Part shown: positions 11,920-26,025 of the stretch, piece by piece
How the letters are laid out: the number at the start of each line of letters is the position of its first letter
Numbering within the stretch: the first letter of the stretch is position 1
From: Eledone cirrhosa
Lineage: Eukaryota
Length of the DNA stretch: 64,000 bases
NCBI GenBank assembly: GCA_964016885.1
Contig: OZ024742.1
Location: 328,848,001 to 328,912,000, forward strand
Direction: 5' to 3'
Program-made: the position numbers and the translations under genes
The notes under the pieces: model-generated
The model's database searches: none
Seen by the model: the letters and a program-made list of their open reading frames with translations, nothing else
Told to the model about the DNA's origin: nothing

Positions 11920-12423
11920 GTGTGTGTGTATGTGTGTATATATATATATATATATTTATACCTTCATAAAAGACCACAAAAACACACGCATATAGAGACA
12001 TAAATATGCATGAATGTAAAAATGTCTACATACATAGTAACGTTTATACATGCATACGTTTATACTAACAGATAGATTTACATTCATATTTGTTATCCAC
12101 TTTCTCTTAATTTCGGGTCCATTTTTGACCGGCCACATTTCTGGTGGCAAGGTTGTAAAAGAAACGAAATTATCATCGTTTTAATCGCAAGATTATTTTA
12201 CAAATTTTGAAGGTGCCAGATATCGCCGTCATTTGTAGTCTATGAATTATAGAGCTGCGCTCTTTTTCCATAAATCCATATATGTATGGTTTCATTATTT
12301 GATAAATTTTAACCAATAAACTGAGAACCAGTTTCTAATATACACATAAAACCTTTCATTGCAATTTTTGCAATATCAACTAGGTAAATATTCATAAGTG
12401 TGTGTCTATATATTTGTGTGTGC

Positions 12424-12521
<98 letters not shown>

Positions 12522-12659
12522 TGTAAGTATGAATGTTATATGCGTATAGTTCATATATTTTGTATCTATACATGTCCATATTCAGTTATACCATGCAGAA
12601 ATTTTGAAATGTTTTTCATATTTTTACAGTTCCATTAATGAATTATACATCTAACTTCC

Positions 12660-13965
12660 TAATCATTCATGTTATTTCTTGTTCTGTGTAGTCCAGCTCC
12701 TCAGGATTTGTATTGAGGCAGTTAGTAACATATACCAGAGCCCCAATGATCATAGGTAAAATCTGAAAGCTTTATCAGTAGATTCCTCATTAGTTCTGCC
12801 CATATGTTCTCCTTTCTGGTTATCTTTAATATTATGTTTGTATCCGCTGGACGGTTAAATTCCACTACTGTTCATGCCTTCTTTTCCCTGTCATTATGCC
12901 TCGTCCGTTATGCTTGCATTTTATTGGGCTTTTGACTGGAACATTCCAACAGTACTATTTCATATTATATATGTACATATCCTCCAATATGTTTCTTGTC
13001 AGGGGTTATCTTTTCTATGGATTGCGTTGTATAATGTTTTGGCCATTGCATCATGCAGCATAGGTAAACAGTACCGTCATGACATCTTTGGACAATTGCT
13101 TATGTTTGATATATGTGATGTAAATTCTGCAGTGTTTACATTTGTTGCCACATCTAGGTGTTTTGTGTGAATCAGTAATTGTTTTTATTAATTTCTTGTT
13201 CTTGGATTGCAAAAGCATATCCTTGAAATTGAGAGTTAATATAGCGGTTGTTGGTCCAATACTGACTACTTTATTATCTATATTATTCTCATTTTGGATA
13301 CTCCTGCCAACATATTCATGCATGAGATTTTGCGGATAAGCATGCAGTTTTTCATCCATGAATTCACTGCCGTATTGTTGGATAGTTTCCCTGGATGTGA
13401 GGCTTTGATGATGATGAAGGAGTTCCTTCCCAAATTTTATGATCTTACCTGTCTCATATAGATGGGCTCCTACGCTTAGTGGTTCGTAGATGTTGATGGG
13501 TGTATATAATGTGACCCTCAAATGCAGTCTGGATTGTTGTTAGCCCCTGCTTCCCTATTTAAATATACGTTTCAGATAGAGGCCGTCTATATCACGGAGA
13601 TTTCTGGCGGTGTTTAAGGTTTTTCGGGTTTTAACATCGGCGTTCGGATTTCATATAGCGTCCAATGTTGGTGCTAGGACAAGCACAACGAACACATTGT
13701 GAGCCACTGTTTTTTATGTTTCTTAATCAAGTGGAATATTCCATGGTTACGCGTCCTTTGTTACAAATACCATCAACGGATATATTCTTATATATCCCTA
13801 GATATATGTAGCAGTCCTCGTCAGATATCGGTGAAAGAGTTACGTCATTTGTGAAAATGTTGCTAGATTGGGTTCTTGTTATTCCTCTATTTACTATCAT
13901 AAATGAACAATTATCCTTACCAAAATCCATTCTTATACACGTTGAGAAGGTTGTAGCCATAGTTC
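12660..13965 (-). pseudogene. Degenerate R4/Dong-type LINE (RT C-terminus to RLE region)
   Basis: Fragments MDFGKDNC..YIYLGI, and in another frame FEGYAFAIQEQEI; many stops and frameshifts. Confidence 0.65.
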
Positions 13966-14094
13966 TTGGTTTCTCTTTGTTTCACCTTTTTCACCCTTCT
14001 CCAGTAGAAAAAAAAATTCCTCCATCGTGCTCATGTGCTCATTTCCGCTTTTCTTCTCCCCCCCCCTCTCTCTCTCTCTCTCTCTCCCTCTCTC

Positions 14095-14132
<38 letters not shown>

Positions 14133-14361
14133 CCTCTCTCTATATCTCTCTCTCTATATCTCTGTCTCTCTTTCTCTCTCACTCTCTGCAGTTCTCTCGT
14201 TTCTCATATGCTTTGGACTCTCTTTCTTCCATTCTCACCCTCTCTACCTCTTTCGCTGACCGTTCTTCCGATCTCATAAGGTTATATTTCAACACCACTT
14301 TTACTATGCTTATAAGTTGCAGGATATTTTCACAAATGTTTGCATGATTGAGATTCCTACA

Positions 14362-14416
<55 letters not shown>

Positions 14417-14423
<7 letters not shown>

Positions 14424-14748
14424 GTGAGGTTTTTTTTACAAAATGAAAAATAACCGAGGTGTCCTACACGAGTGGAAGTATAAAGAAAAAGTGATGAAAT
14501 CGAAAATGCAACTGAAGTCTTATTTTTTTAAAAAATATATATATTTATTTGGTTCCTTTACCGGTTTCGCAGTTCTTCTGCTTTTCAAAAGGTGAGTTGA
14601 GATGGAGGGTCTGTGGTTCACAGACCCTCCATCTCAACTCACCTTTTGAAAAGCAGAAGAACTGCGAAACCGGTAAAGGAACCAAATAAATATATATATT
14701 TAAAAAAAAAATAAGACTTCAGTTGGATTTTCGATTTCATCCCTTTTT

Positions 14749-14752
<4 letters not shown>
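14417..14752. mobile_element. Head-to-head pair of PLE terminal repeats between (TA)n tracts, each with a U3:A8 HHR (14555-14592 minus, 14642-14679 plus)
   Basis: Palindrome centred near 14618; arms match 3649-3863. Confidence 0.8.
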
Positions 14753-14785
<33 letters not shown>

Positions 14786-14795
<10 letters not shown>

Positions 14796-15364
14796 GGACG
14801 AACACAGATATATGTATACATGCGTTCCAATTGTAAAAGATAATTTTGAATTTTTAACTCAATCTATATTCTCGGCTCCGTATGTATGTAGAGCTAAATT
14901 TAGTCTCATAAAACCAGCTTCTATTTTTAGTGGCATGAGTATGGGACGCGTTAGGCCCTGTAACGTGTGCGTTTATACTCGTGCATCGTTCAGTCGTCTT
15001 AGATCCTTTGAAGTGAAAGGTACGAATTTTCCGGGATATCCGCAGAAGAACACAGGAATTCTAGCTTTGACTTAATAATTCTTGCGAAACAGATTCATGT
15101 CTGTCCGAGTATCATAGGTTATTTGCCCAATATAGGTTTGTTATTTTTATTGATTTATTATGTTAAATCGAGTCAGGCAAACTATATTGTTTTAAATTAG
15201 TATTTTCAACCTAGCTAACTTGGTCATTAGCAATTGGAACACATGTATACTTGTGTCAGTGTTTATCCCTCTCATATATTCAATTGTATTACATGGCTTG
15301 GAAAGTTTCCCTTTTTGAGCTATTTAATTGTAAAAGACTATTTTGAGTTTTTAACTCAATCTAT
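14786..15364 (+). mobile_element. ~497-bp PLE-type unit with terminal direct repeat, short inverted 5' arm and an HHR-like motif (CAGAAGA core) at 15035-15113
   Basis: 14829-14866 repeated at 15326-15364; 14786-14833 inverted at 15231-15280; gatatccg-CAGAAGA..caggaatt/aattcttg..GAAA-cagat/gtctg-TC-cgagtatc. Confidence 0.68.
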
Positions 15365-15386
15365 GATATATATATATATATACAGC

Positions 15387-15485
<99 letters not shown>

Positions 15486-15499
15486 TATATGTGTATATA

Positions 15500-15568
<69 letters not shown>

Positions 15569-15831
15569 GGAAAAAATGAAACGAAATTTCATTTCTCACT
15601 CTTAGTACGGCTGTTACTGAAATATAAGTATGTATACGTACATACATATATGTATACAGACGTAAAGTAGTATGTATATATATATACATACATGCACACA
15701 TATATATATGTACGTATGGATTTACCGAACATTTATTATAATGCTCGGTTTATTTGTAAATAAACATCCCGAATTAAGCCGAACAGTGTTTAGCAACCGT
15801 AGTTGCCCTTTTGTTCAACACTGACAAAGGA

Positions 15832-15874
15832 ACGATGTACTAGTTTCAAGCTTATTAGCTATCGTCAGCACCGT
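15832..15874 (-). ncRNA. Hammerhead ribozyme (CUGACGA core); mutated copy at 16262-16304
   Basis: Reverse complement of 16678-16720. Confidence 0.8.
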
Positions 15875-16677
15875 ATAACTTCCTGCCAGATGATTGAACG
15901 TCTGAAAGTATATACTTTCCTTATGCATATTAACGGCTGAGAAGCCTAATTTGCATATCGAGTGAGTTTATCGGCCGGGCTCACCGAAAACGATAAATGG
16001 AAAAAATGAAACGAAATTTCATTTCTCACTCTTACTACGGCTGTTACTTAAATATAAGTATGTGTACGTGCATACATATATGTATACAGACGAACAGTAG
16101 TATGTATATATATACATACATGCACACATATATATATATATATGTATGGATTTACCGAACATTTATTCTAATGTTCGGTTTGTTAGTAAACAAACATCCC
16201 GAATTAAGCCGTACATTATTTAGCAATCATCGTTGCCCTTTTGTTCAACTCTGACAAAGGAACGATGTACTAGTTTCAAGTTTATTAGCTATCGTTAGCA
16301 CCGTATACCTTCCTGCCAGATTATTGAAAGTCTGAAAGTATATACGTTCCTTATGCATATTAACAGCCGTACTAAAGTTTATAATAAATGTTCGGTAAAT
16401 CCATACGTACATATATATATATGTGCATGTATATATATATATATATACATACTACTGTACGTCTGTATACATATATGTATGTACGTATAAATACTTATAT
16501 TTAAGTAACAGCCGTAATAAGAGTGAGAAATAAAATTTCGTTTCATTTTTTCAATTCATCGTTTTCGGTGCGCCCGACCGATTAACTCACTCGATATGCA
16601 AATTAGGCTGCTCACCCGTTAATATGCATGAGGAAAGTATATACTTTCAGACGTTCAATCATCTGGCAGGAAGGTAT

Positions 16678-16720
16678 ACGGTGCTGACGATAGCTAATAA
16701 GCTTGAAACTAGTACATCGT
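16678..16720 (+). ncRNA. Hammerhead ribozyme (CUGACGA core)
   Basis: acggtg-CTGACGA-t-agct/agct-t-GAAA-ctag-TA-catcgt; stem I extends via aagg/cctt, ctggca/tgtcag, gttcaa/ttgaac. Confidence 0.82.
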
Positions 16721-18612
16721 TCCTTTGTCAGTGTTGAACAAAAGGGCAACGACGGTTACTAAACACTGTACGGCTTAATTCGGGTTGTTTGTTTACAAAC
16801 AAACTGAGCATTATAATAAATGTTCGGTAAATCCATACGTACATATATATATATGTGTGCATGTATGTTTTATATATACATACTACTGTACGTCTGTATA
16901 TATATATGTATGTACGTGCACATACTTATATATATATATATATATATACAGAGATGGAGAACTTACTCTTTTCTAGTGGCTCACCTTTTGTATTATTAAT
17001 TCTCCAAGAAAAGAATCTGGATTGCTTCGTCCTTTCAGAGGTTATACGGTCTCGTGTGTTTGTAAGGATGTGTGTATGTGCGAGCATGTGTGTTAGCAAA
17101 CGATTTATGTAGTTTCCATGAACTAAATACAACTAACAATGTATTTGCCTAATGTGTCACAACTTTGCGCAATCGATCTACTTATGCCCTAAGTCCCCAT
17201 TCTCCTATTCACTATATAATTGTTGCCGAAAAAATATACGAAAAGCAAGAAAAAAGGAATCCGCAAAAAAGAATGTGCTACGATAAATACATACACTTAA
17301 GAATATATATTTGTTTAGCTGTGTTCACATGCGCCTTTGTCTTCCTTATCTCAAGGGATATTGATTAAACATTCCTATCAAAACTTCTATCTAATGCAAA
17401 CAATTTACACCTGATATATTTTGATATCAATTTCAATCCGCAATTGAAAGTACGTTTGATTAAGTTACCTGATATATAAGTAATAACCACCAAAACCTAG
17501 GAGATTGCAAGCAGTTCAAATTGTGTTAAATACACAATGTGAGAACACAATCCGTATTGAAGATATGTAAGGTTTTTTCTATAAAATCCACTGTAAATCT
17601 ATTGACTGCTACTCAAATCAAAACTGCAATGTTATATCGTTCCGTGGTGAGTTACCAGTTCGTTATTTATGTATAGGAACTGTTCTGGCAGGTAAAACAT
17701 ACGAAAAGTATATATATATTTTGTAGATGCAGCGTGTAAGAGTGGCAAGAACTACTGCATTCTTTGTCCAATACATACTGTATAGAGCTATCTTATGACT
17801 TGGGCCACTTGCTGATGAGTGTAACAGCTTGGTTACGTAAATATTTATTGATATTACGTGATTTTCTGAACATTGAGGATCTAATATCTGCATTAGTGAA
17901 GTTATATTCCACAGAAACGATATTGTACTGGGGTTGAGATTTTTACCTGTCTCTCTGTCAAGGCACAAGCACCGTATCTGCTATTAACTAAATGTGTGCA
18001 CTCTGAACAGCTGATTGCAACTGCATTATTGCAATTCGGCAGATTCACTGAGTGAGCTAAACGTTGGTTGGAAAACGTTGACCAGCTATCTTTGTTATAC
18101 TAGTTGCAGCCCGAGGTTTTCCTTTTGATATACAGAAACAAACATGTTTTTTTTCAAACTTGCACTTAAAATCGCCCCGCCCCCGCAGTGTGGTGGTAAC
18201 TCTCGCTACCTATCTATTTATCTATTTTTCACACAATCTCTGTCTCACTCACTGTATTTTTCCCTTAACAACAACAACAACAACCACCACCTGTCATATC
18301 ATTATAGCAAACGTCTTTTATTAAAGACTGTGTTGCGCTTTTGGACACACTGAAACAGACTCACACAGTAAACAAAAACTCCGTACTCTTTTTATTTGTT
18401 CGCACTTTACACTTTAACTAGTTACAGAATTGGGGAGGTGGAGTAATATTTCCTTCCCTCTATACAGAGAGCGTGACGGACGGAAGGACAGACACTGATC
18501 TTATTATAGTATATATATATATATGTTTGTGTGTTAGAGAGTCAAGGCCCGACGTCGGAGTTCTTGCCATTCCGACCGCAAGTTCATCACACACACACAC
18601 ACACACGCACGC

Positions 18613-18645
<33 letters not shown>

Positions 18646-18659
18646 TATATATATACGTG

Positions 18660-18713
<54 letters not shown>

Positions 18714-19619
18714 ACTTGATCAGTGGGAAATTGCGAAATTCAGAGTGAACAAAGAGTAATCTCAGTAACACACATACACATACACACACGCGCGCACGTA
18801 TATACATAGATACATACATACGCCCCCCCCCCCCCCCACACACACATACAAACACACACACATATATATATAGGTGTGTGTCTCATGCACATACACACGT
18901 ATAGACATACACACATTCTATCTCTATCGTCCGTTTTATCTGAATACGTGACACTGATACAAAATGTTGTCGTTGCTTACACAAAACCACCAATAACAAC
19001 AACAGCAACAAAAACTACAACAACAACAACAACAAGACTCTTATTATCAACATCATCATCATCACCAATAGAACACTAAAAGTATCACCGAAATAGCAAC
19101 GACACAAAGTTATTTTCTCAGTTCAATCTGGCTAACATAATAGTTTTGAATATCTTTCCCTCTGACATAGCTGTTTACAAGGAATTAATTAAAACTTCTA
19201 TAAATAAGTACCATATGTCAGATACTTTATCAACATTCCGAGTCTATGACATATACACTCAACCTATTTCAACTACATACCGTTATATGTTATATACTAT
19301 ATGTTATATGTTAGACACTTTAGTATGCCTGTGAGGGGAGTAAAGATCGGTGTGTTATGGGAGCAGGGATCAAGAACTAATTGAATCAGTGTGAGTAATT
19401 TAAATTATGCAAAAATATTGAATAGCGAGATAGCCATTTAATGACATGATTAAGTTATAATGAAGTTTTTTTTTTTTTTCTTAATAACTGCTGTTAGAAA
19501 TAGGGAATTGTGGCATTCAAGTATAGCTGCACATTTTCTTATCCTGAAATTGCCAACATACGCACTTACATACACACACTTACATACACACACTTACATA
19601 CACACACACATACACACAT

Positions 19620-19657
<38 letters not shown>

Positions 19658-19875
19658 CAGAAAGAAAGAGAATCAATGTTGCGACGAATGGAATTTATTG
19701 GACATATTACATTCGTTTCACTGGCGACCAGCTCTAGGCGCGATCGATGTGATGATCGAACCTGACTCGAAAAATCGCAAGGTCCTCAGATACGACTCGA
19801 TTCTACGAAGCAGATTTTCCTAAGTATATAGGAAATTATATATATATATATATATTTCCAGAGAGAGAGAGAGAT

Positions 19876-19929
<54 letters not shown>

Positions 19930-19946
19930 TGAGAGAGTGAGAGAGT

Positions 19947-19980
<34 letters not shown>

Positions 19981-20107
19981 ACGAAAGGGGGCGAGAGGAA
20001 TAGTGAAAGAAAGACAGTGAAATTCATAGGGTTATATATACAAAGAAATTCCTATACATACATATGTTCACAGCTTTACGCGTATTTGCATATATTTATA
20101 TCATATT

Positions 20108-20310
20108 ATAACGAAGGAATTGTGGTAAGGAACCAGATGAACCATAACGCACCAAAGTACTCAATACTTAGAGGGTAGTAGAGTGGGTAATAGGAACAAG
20201 TATGACCCCCATGACAGAGCTCAAGCCCTTTCGACGGCTATTTCTGGACTGTCCAGAAATAGCCGTCGAAACGGCTTGAGCACTGCCGTTGGGGTCATAC
20301 TTGTTCCTAT
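20108..20310. mobile_element. Fold-back repeat (family also at 24219-24409 and 60065-60263) centred on a putative HHR stem II
   Basis: gacggctatttctggac-t-gtccagaaatagccgtc followed by GAAA-cggc..gccg-TT-gggg. Confidence 0.72.
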
Positions 20311-20704
20311 CATATTATATATATTTATATCATATATATATATATATGGAGGGGTTTGCATATATATGCGTTTATGTGCGTGAATTAATATATATTTCAG
20401 TATGTTTATATTTGTGTAATTCATCAAATCTAATCCACTTGTCATGTATCTCCACAATTAAAGCTGACTCGAAGACCACACAAATGTTTATCACATATTT
20501 CGTTAAGGGATTAAAACCATAACAGAAGGCATGTAACTATGTTAACCAACATGAGGGCGATTTCAAAGGATTTGACTAGTTGTGTAGCTCAAGGGCATGT
20601 AGGCTCGTGTCACGTCAACCCTATCTATCTATCCATTTATCTACCTACCTCTGCTCCTACCTACCTACCCACCTATCTACCTAGCCACCTATCTGCCTAC
20701 CTAT

Positions 20705-20779
<75 letters not shown>

Positions 20780-21090
20780 TATGAAAAATGGCGTGCTGCG
20801 TGGTTGCACATAGGATACATATGAATAAAATTAGTCCTTCATCAGTGATCTTCCAACCTTCATTGGTATTTCTTCGCTTTAAAGATCATATACCTCTGGT
20901 TGGTGCGAACAATAACTAAAGAAAGTTATTGGGACACGTAAAATAGGTTGAAGCGAGCGAGACACATATATATATGTTCTGTTATTAATTCTGGCAATAT
21001 TACACAAATATGACCCTCGCCAAGTATAACAATATTTGTTTCCACACACGATTTCGTATAAAAAAACCTCGCAAAACTAATTCATTGCCG

Positions 21091-21140
<50 letters not shown>

Positions 21141-21421
21141 AAATAATAAATAAATCAACTAATACCTTAACACTTCACACAAAGTAAAACATTTCGTTTT
21201 AATCGTTTTCTAGCCCAGAAAAAAAAGAGAGAAACAAAAAAGGAAAAAAATATATTTTTCTTCCTCATAATGGTCTTTTTCTCCCTGTTTTCATATATAT
21301 ATAGTCCCCCACCAACACCCCACTCCCCAGGGCGTGAAATTAATAAACATTCGTTGTACTGCCTCTCTGTTTTGTCCCTGTTCAAATGTTTCCATTATAT
21401 ATATATATATATATATATATA

Positions 21422-22917
21422 TAACTTTGATAACTTTGATAGGTTTCGGCTAGTATTGACCCAGGCCATGTCTAACTTAATAGCACCACCTGGCGAAGTC
21501 TTACAAATCACTGTTTGGGCACCATGGTCCACTCGAGAAGAGAGCTATGTTTACGGAGGCATATCCGGGTGTAGGAGGCTTATCCGGGATTTCTTGAAGG
21601 AATTGTCCAAAGACTTCTTGAACTTGATGCGGTCTGTCTCTGCTTTGATGTGTTTTGGTGTAATGTTAAAGAGTGCAGGGCCAATTGAGGTGAAATAATT
21701 GTGCCGTATTGTTGTTATGTGATGCGAGTGGGATTTTTGTTGTGGGCAGATAGCACGGGGCCCAAGCCTTGGGTGTACACTAACGGTGATGCCAACATCA
21801 TTTGGGCAAAGCTGATGGAATATTTTCCACATCATACAGATAATGTAGAGTTCACGGCGATGTTAAAGAGAATAAAGTTTGAGCTTTTCTAAACGACCCC
21901 AATAGTCAAGGCATGTCATGCCAACTATCTTTTTTGTAATTGAACTTTGGGGTGCTTCAACTTTCATGATACGTTGTTTCGTGTGTGGTGACCACAGTGG
22001 ACAACAGTATTGAAGGTGGGGTCGGGCAAAAGTGGAGAATAGAAGGACAACAGTGTGGATATATCTCGACTGAAAAGTTCTGAGAATCCGGGAACACATT
22101 CTGCGGGCCATATCAACTTTGATGTTTATATGAGTGGCCCAGCTTATGTTGTTGTCCACAATCACTCCGAGGTCTCTGATGTTATTGGAAGCCACTAGAG
22201 TTTCAAGCGAAGGAAGAGAGTATGGTAGTTTCAGGGCATCCTTTTTCCCAAAGTGGATTAGTTCAAATTTATCCTCATTCAACAGCATATTATTCATCTC
22301 TGCCTATTGGATAACAGCCAGTAGGTCTGACTGAAGGCAAGTCCGGTCACCCACCCCACTGCTGACTTTGGCAGGGCTTGAATTTACTCATTCGACTACA
22401 ACATGCTGGGTTCTGCCTGTCATGAAATATTTGATCCACTGTAGTAACCTTCCAGAGACACCAACATTGGATAGTTTTTTCAGTAGAATCTTATGATCAA
22501 CCCGGTCGAAGGCCTTGCTGAAATCAAGGTAGATGACATCAGTGTTCGAGCCCTCTCCCAAGGCTCTCAAAACATCGTCAAAGTATGCAGGAGCTGCGTT
22601 AGGCAGTCCCTTCAATTACGGAACCCATGTTGGTTGGGGCTCAGCAGGCCGTTGCTTTCAAGAAAATGGGTTATTCGTGATCTTACCACCCTCTGAAATA
22701 CCTTGATAATATGAGAGGTGAGTGAGATCGGACGGTAGTTCACTGCAAGGGACTTATTTCACTCTTTGAAGACTGGGACAACGGACCGGGACAGAAAGTT
22801 TTCAGGAATATAGCCAGTGTCCAGTGAGTTCCTCCACAGATTAGCAAGAGGAGTTGCAAGTTGGTGTCGACACACCTTCAGGACACAAGCAGGGAAACTG
22901 TCGGGGCCTACTGCTGA
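21422..22917 (-). pseudogene. CR1/Jockey-group LINE remnant (RT and C-terminal region with internal deletions)
   Basis: DVIYLDFSKAFDRVDH, LLNEDKFELIHFG, IRDLGVIVDNNISW, LQYCCPLWSPH; 3' end with repeated atcaaagtt. Confidence 0.85.
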
Positions 22918-23108
22918 TATATATATATAAATAAATCATCGTGCTCCCTGGTGATTTCTCAGGAATGAAACAGTTCTAGTCCTGTAGACGCTCTTCTATA
23001 TTAAAACTTTTATACTCTGCTAAGTATTGAGTACCCTACTTACTGTGGTTACCTCCGATTCAACACGGAATAACTTATATATATATATATATACATATAT
23101 ATATTTAT

Positions 23109-23173
<65 letters not shown>

Positions 23174-24218
23174 AGTTATCGCGTTAAATCTACTATATTG
23201 GTTTTTCAATTTATTTATATAATGATAAAATTCAGTTGTTACATTCAGCGTGATACGGTGTGTGATAAGACTGACCATTTGTAATACAAAAAGAACTAAT
23301 TTTGAGGCAACGTGAAATAAAGTGTCTAGCCGAAGACCACATAGCACCTCTAGGAAGCGAAATCTCGGTGATACGTTCCTGAGCCGAAAACGTTAACTCT
23401 ACTTTATTCTTTAAGTATGAAATAACAAGTACAATCTAAATGAATGGAAAACAAGTATACAATGTAACCCCGCCAAAAACATCAAGTACACAAAGATGCG
23501 TTGAAAGAAAGTATATTACCAGAATAACCGAATAGGAAAAAAAAACAAATTAGACACTTTTTAGGAAATAACGTCTGGCCTCAATAGACCGGAAGATATT
23601 ATCCAAGACAAGGAATAATATATGAGTTCTGTAGTAGAATTTAATCCTCCTACAGACATAAATATTCAATATAGATTAGAGGGAATCAGAAAATATCTAT
23701 TTCTTACATAATCACAAGAAATAATATTTATAATGGAAGAAAAATGAAAGTATATAAGATAAATTAAGTGAGGACAGTACATTTATAGAACCGTGAAATA
23801 GTGGTTCACAAACGCATACATAACCAAGACATAACACATTTCCACTAAGAACGCCAACAAAGCACTTCTATGTTATTGCTGGAATTGAGAAACATAGGAC
23901 GTAAAAGTACTTATACTTATATTTAGAAATGGTTATAGTTAACAGTTTCTCTATCTCTCGTTCTCTAATCTCTTTCTTTGTCTCTCTCTCTCTATATATA
24001 TATAGCTATATATGTATGTGTGTCTGTGTGAGTGTGCGTGTGTATGCATTTATATGTGTATGCATTTATATATTCTTTTGAAATTAGTAGTGTGCAATCT
24101 CCGATGTCTTGGTTGTTTAGCTCTAACTTTATCATTGACCGATCATAGTGCCACGTGATGGTTATACATTACATATCGATCTCTTCTGAGATGTATATAC
24201 ATATATATATATATATAT

Positions 24219-24405
24219 ATAGGAACAAGTATGACCCCGAAGGCAGATCTCAAGCCGTTTCGACGGCTAATTCTGGACTAGCCGTCGAGACGGCTTGAGC
24301 TCTGCCGTCGGGGTCATACTTGTTCTTATTACCCACTCTACTACCCCAAGTATTGAGTACTTTGGTGCGTTATGGTCCATCTGGTTCCTTGCCACATTTC
24401 CTTCG

Positions 24406-24409
<4 letters not shown>
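24219..24409. mobile_element. Fold-back repeat, same family as 20108-20310
   Basis: aggaacaagtatgacccc..gacggcta / tagccgtc..ggggtcatacttgttc; (TA)n on both sides. Confidence 0.75.
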
Positions 24410-24445
<36 letters not shown>

Positions 24446-25017
24446 TTAATACGGATCTAACTGACCAGAGAGGTGCTATATACTCTCTAGTCAGTCGGCT
24501 GGAATGCAGGTAAAATGAAGTATAAATAGTACAAGCCGTTGCATTATAGAATATTAAATATTTCGAAGGCCATATGCCACACTATGTAGACTAGCAGAAA
24601 AACCACCCACGTGGGGTTTTCTGCTGGCATGTGTAGTATGTATATTGATATTATACACTAATATATATACATGTAGATATAATACATCAAATAAAATCGT
24701 AATTGACAATATACACAGAAATTAAACGAATTATGTTACACTGTCTTTTGTAATCAGTAATGTAATCCATGATATATTTAAAAAAAAAGACGATATTAGA
24801 TATAAACTGCATTAGGAGAAAATTAGGGACGGAAATATATGCGATATTTTTATATGTGTTATAATATAACAGCCGCTATCCGGAAGTGTTGACATTTGAA
24901 AATTTTAAAGAAGTGCATTTTAAAGATCTTTAAATAAGCTATAAAATATATTTAATCAACAGCCACGAAATTTAACACATAAATTATGTAATATTCATTC
25001 ATTATTTATTCAAAGTA

Positions 25018-25180
25018 GAGGGTCGGACGCCTTGCTTTGACGCATAGAGTTACGGCCCTTGCCATTCTGAGTTCAAATCCCGCCGAGGTTAACTTTGCCT
25101 TTCATCCTTACGGGGTCGATAAAATAAAGTACCAGTAATACACTGGGTAATTGTTGGCCTTGTGCCTAAAGTAGAAATAA
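25018..25180 (+). mobile_element. SINE family A copy (5'-truncated), flanked by ttatttattcaaagta
   Basis: Body match; the 16-mer is at 25002-25017 and 25181-25196. Confidence 0.85.
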
Positions 25181-25196
25181 TTATTTATTCAAAGTA

Positions 25197-25381
25197 GGCG
25201 GTGGATTAGCAGTATCGGTGCAGGGTCGGACGCCATGCTTTCCAGCATAGTTACGTCCCTTTACAATCTGAGTTCAAATCACGCCGGGGTTGACTTTGCC
25301 TTTCATCCTTACGGGGTCGATAAAATAAAGTACCAGTAATGCACTGACCAATTGCTGGCCTTGTGCCTAAAGTAGAAACAC
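25197..25381 (+). mobile_element. SINE family A copy (different subtype), flanked by the same 16-mer
   Basis: The 16-mer is at 25181-25196 and 25382-25397. Confidence 0.87.
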
Positions 25382-25756
25382 TTATTTATTCAAAGTAATC
25401 CAACTTATTCTAGAAACGGGGTAAAACAAATATATTCTGGACGCAATCCCGTACACCTTTCTTTATTATAGTTAAGATTTATTCTCATTTCCTAGTTATA
25501 TATTTCGCTGGGATAGACAGCTAGATAATGCACTTTCTAGCCACCTCCTCGGCTCGAGTTCGTCAGATGGTAAAACAATTTCAAACAATTTAAACATTTT
25601 TTTATATGAGCGACCCGCGATATGATTTGTTGGTTATATGCACACCGACTCCTGTATGAACCCTAACGCTCGGACCCAGTTCTTCAGTGTCGACTCCTTG
25701 GGACTCCACATTGCTCTCGATGATCATCTCCAGACATTTCTCCACAGAAAAATCAA

Positions 25757-26025
25757 TGTCGATGTTGTCTATAGGATAACATGTACAGAGGGTTGATGCA
25801 GGAACAAGACAATGACATGCATAGGAGAAAGAGCTCGTAGTATAGGATAAAGATTAAAGAAAAACTGTTGAGAACTTAAGGTGAAGAAAAGCGTACCAGT
25901 TCTTTACCAGCATGCCAAACTAGTACACGGTGGCTCAATAGATAACATGAAAATAAAGATCTTATTCACACAAAGAACTGATGCAACACTCAGACAAATC
26001 AGGGAGTCCACACACATAATTGGAG
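25757..26025 (+). pseudogene. Decayed PLE GIY-YIG endonuclease
   Basis: VDVVYRITC..CIGERARSIG*RL..VLYQHAKLVHGG..LRQIRES. Confidence 0.65.

Larger units (their letters stand above)
15563..16928. mobile_element. 430-bp HHR-bearing repeat: ~1.9 units on the minus strand joined head-to-head to ~1.3 units on the plus strand
   Basis: 15563-15992 repeated from 15993; inverted from ~16380; (TA)n at both ends. Confidence 0.85.

Noticed and set aside
17805-17850. CTGATGA followed by a hairpin
   Set aside because: No GAAA after the hairpin and no stem I; similar incomplete hits at ~20840 (minus), ~22950, ~38235, ~38570 (minus) and ~43770 were also left uncalled
17663-18070. Host exon in a complex, non-repetitive stretch
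   Set aside because: No recognisable protein motif or convincing splice-bounded frame on either strand
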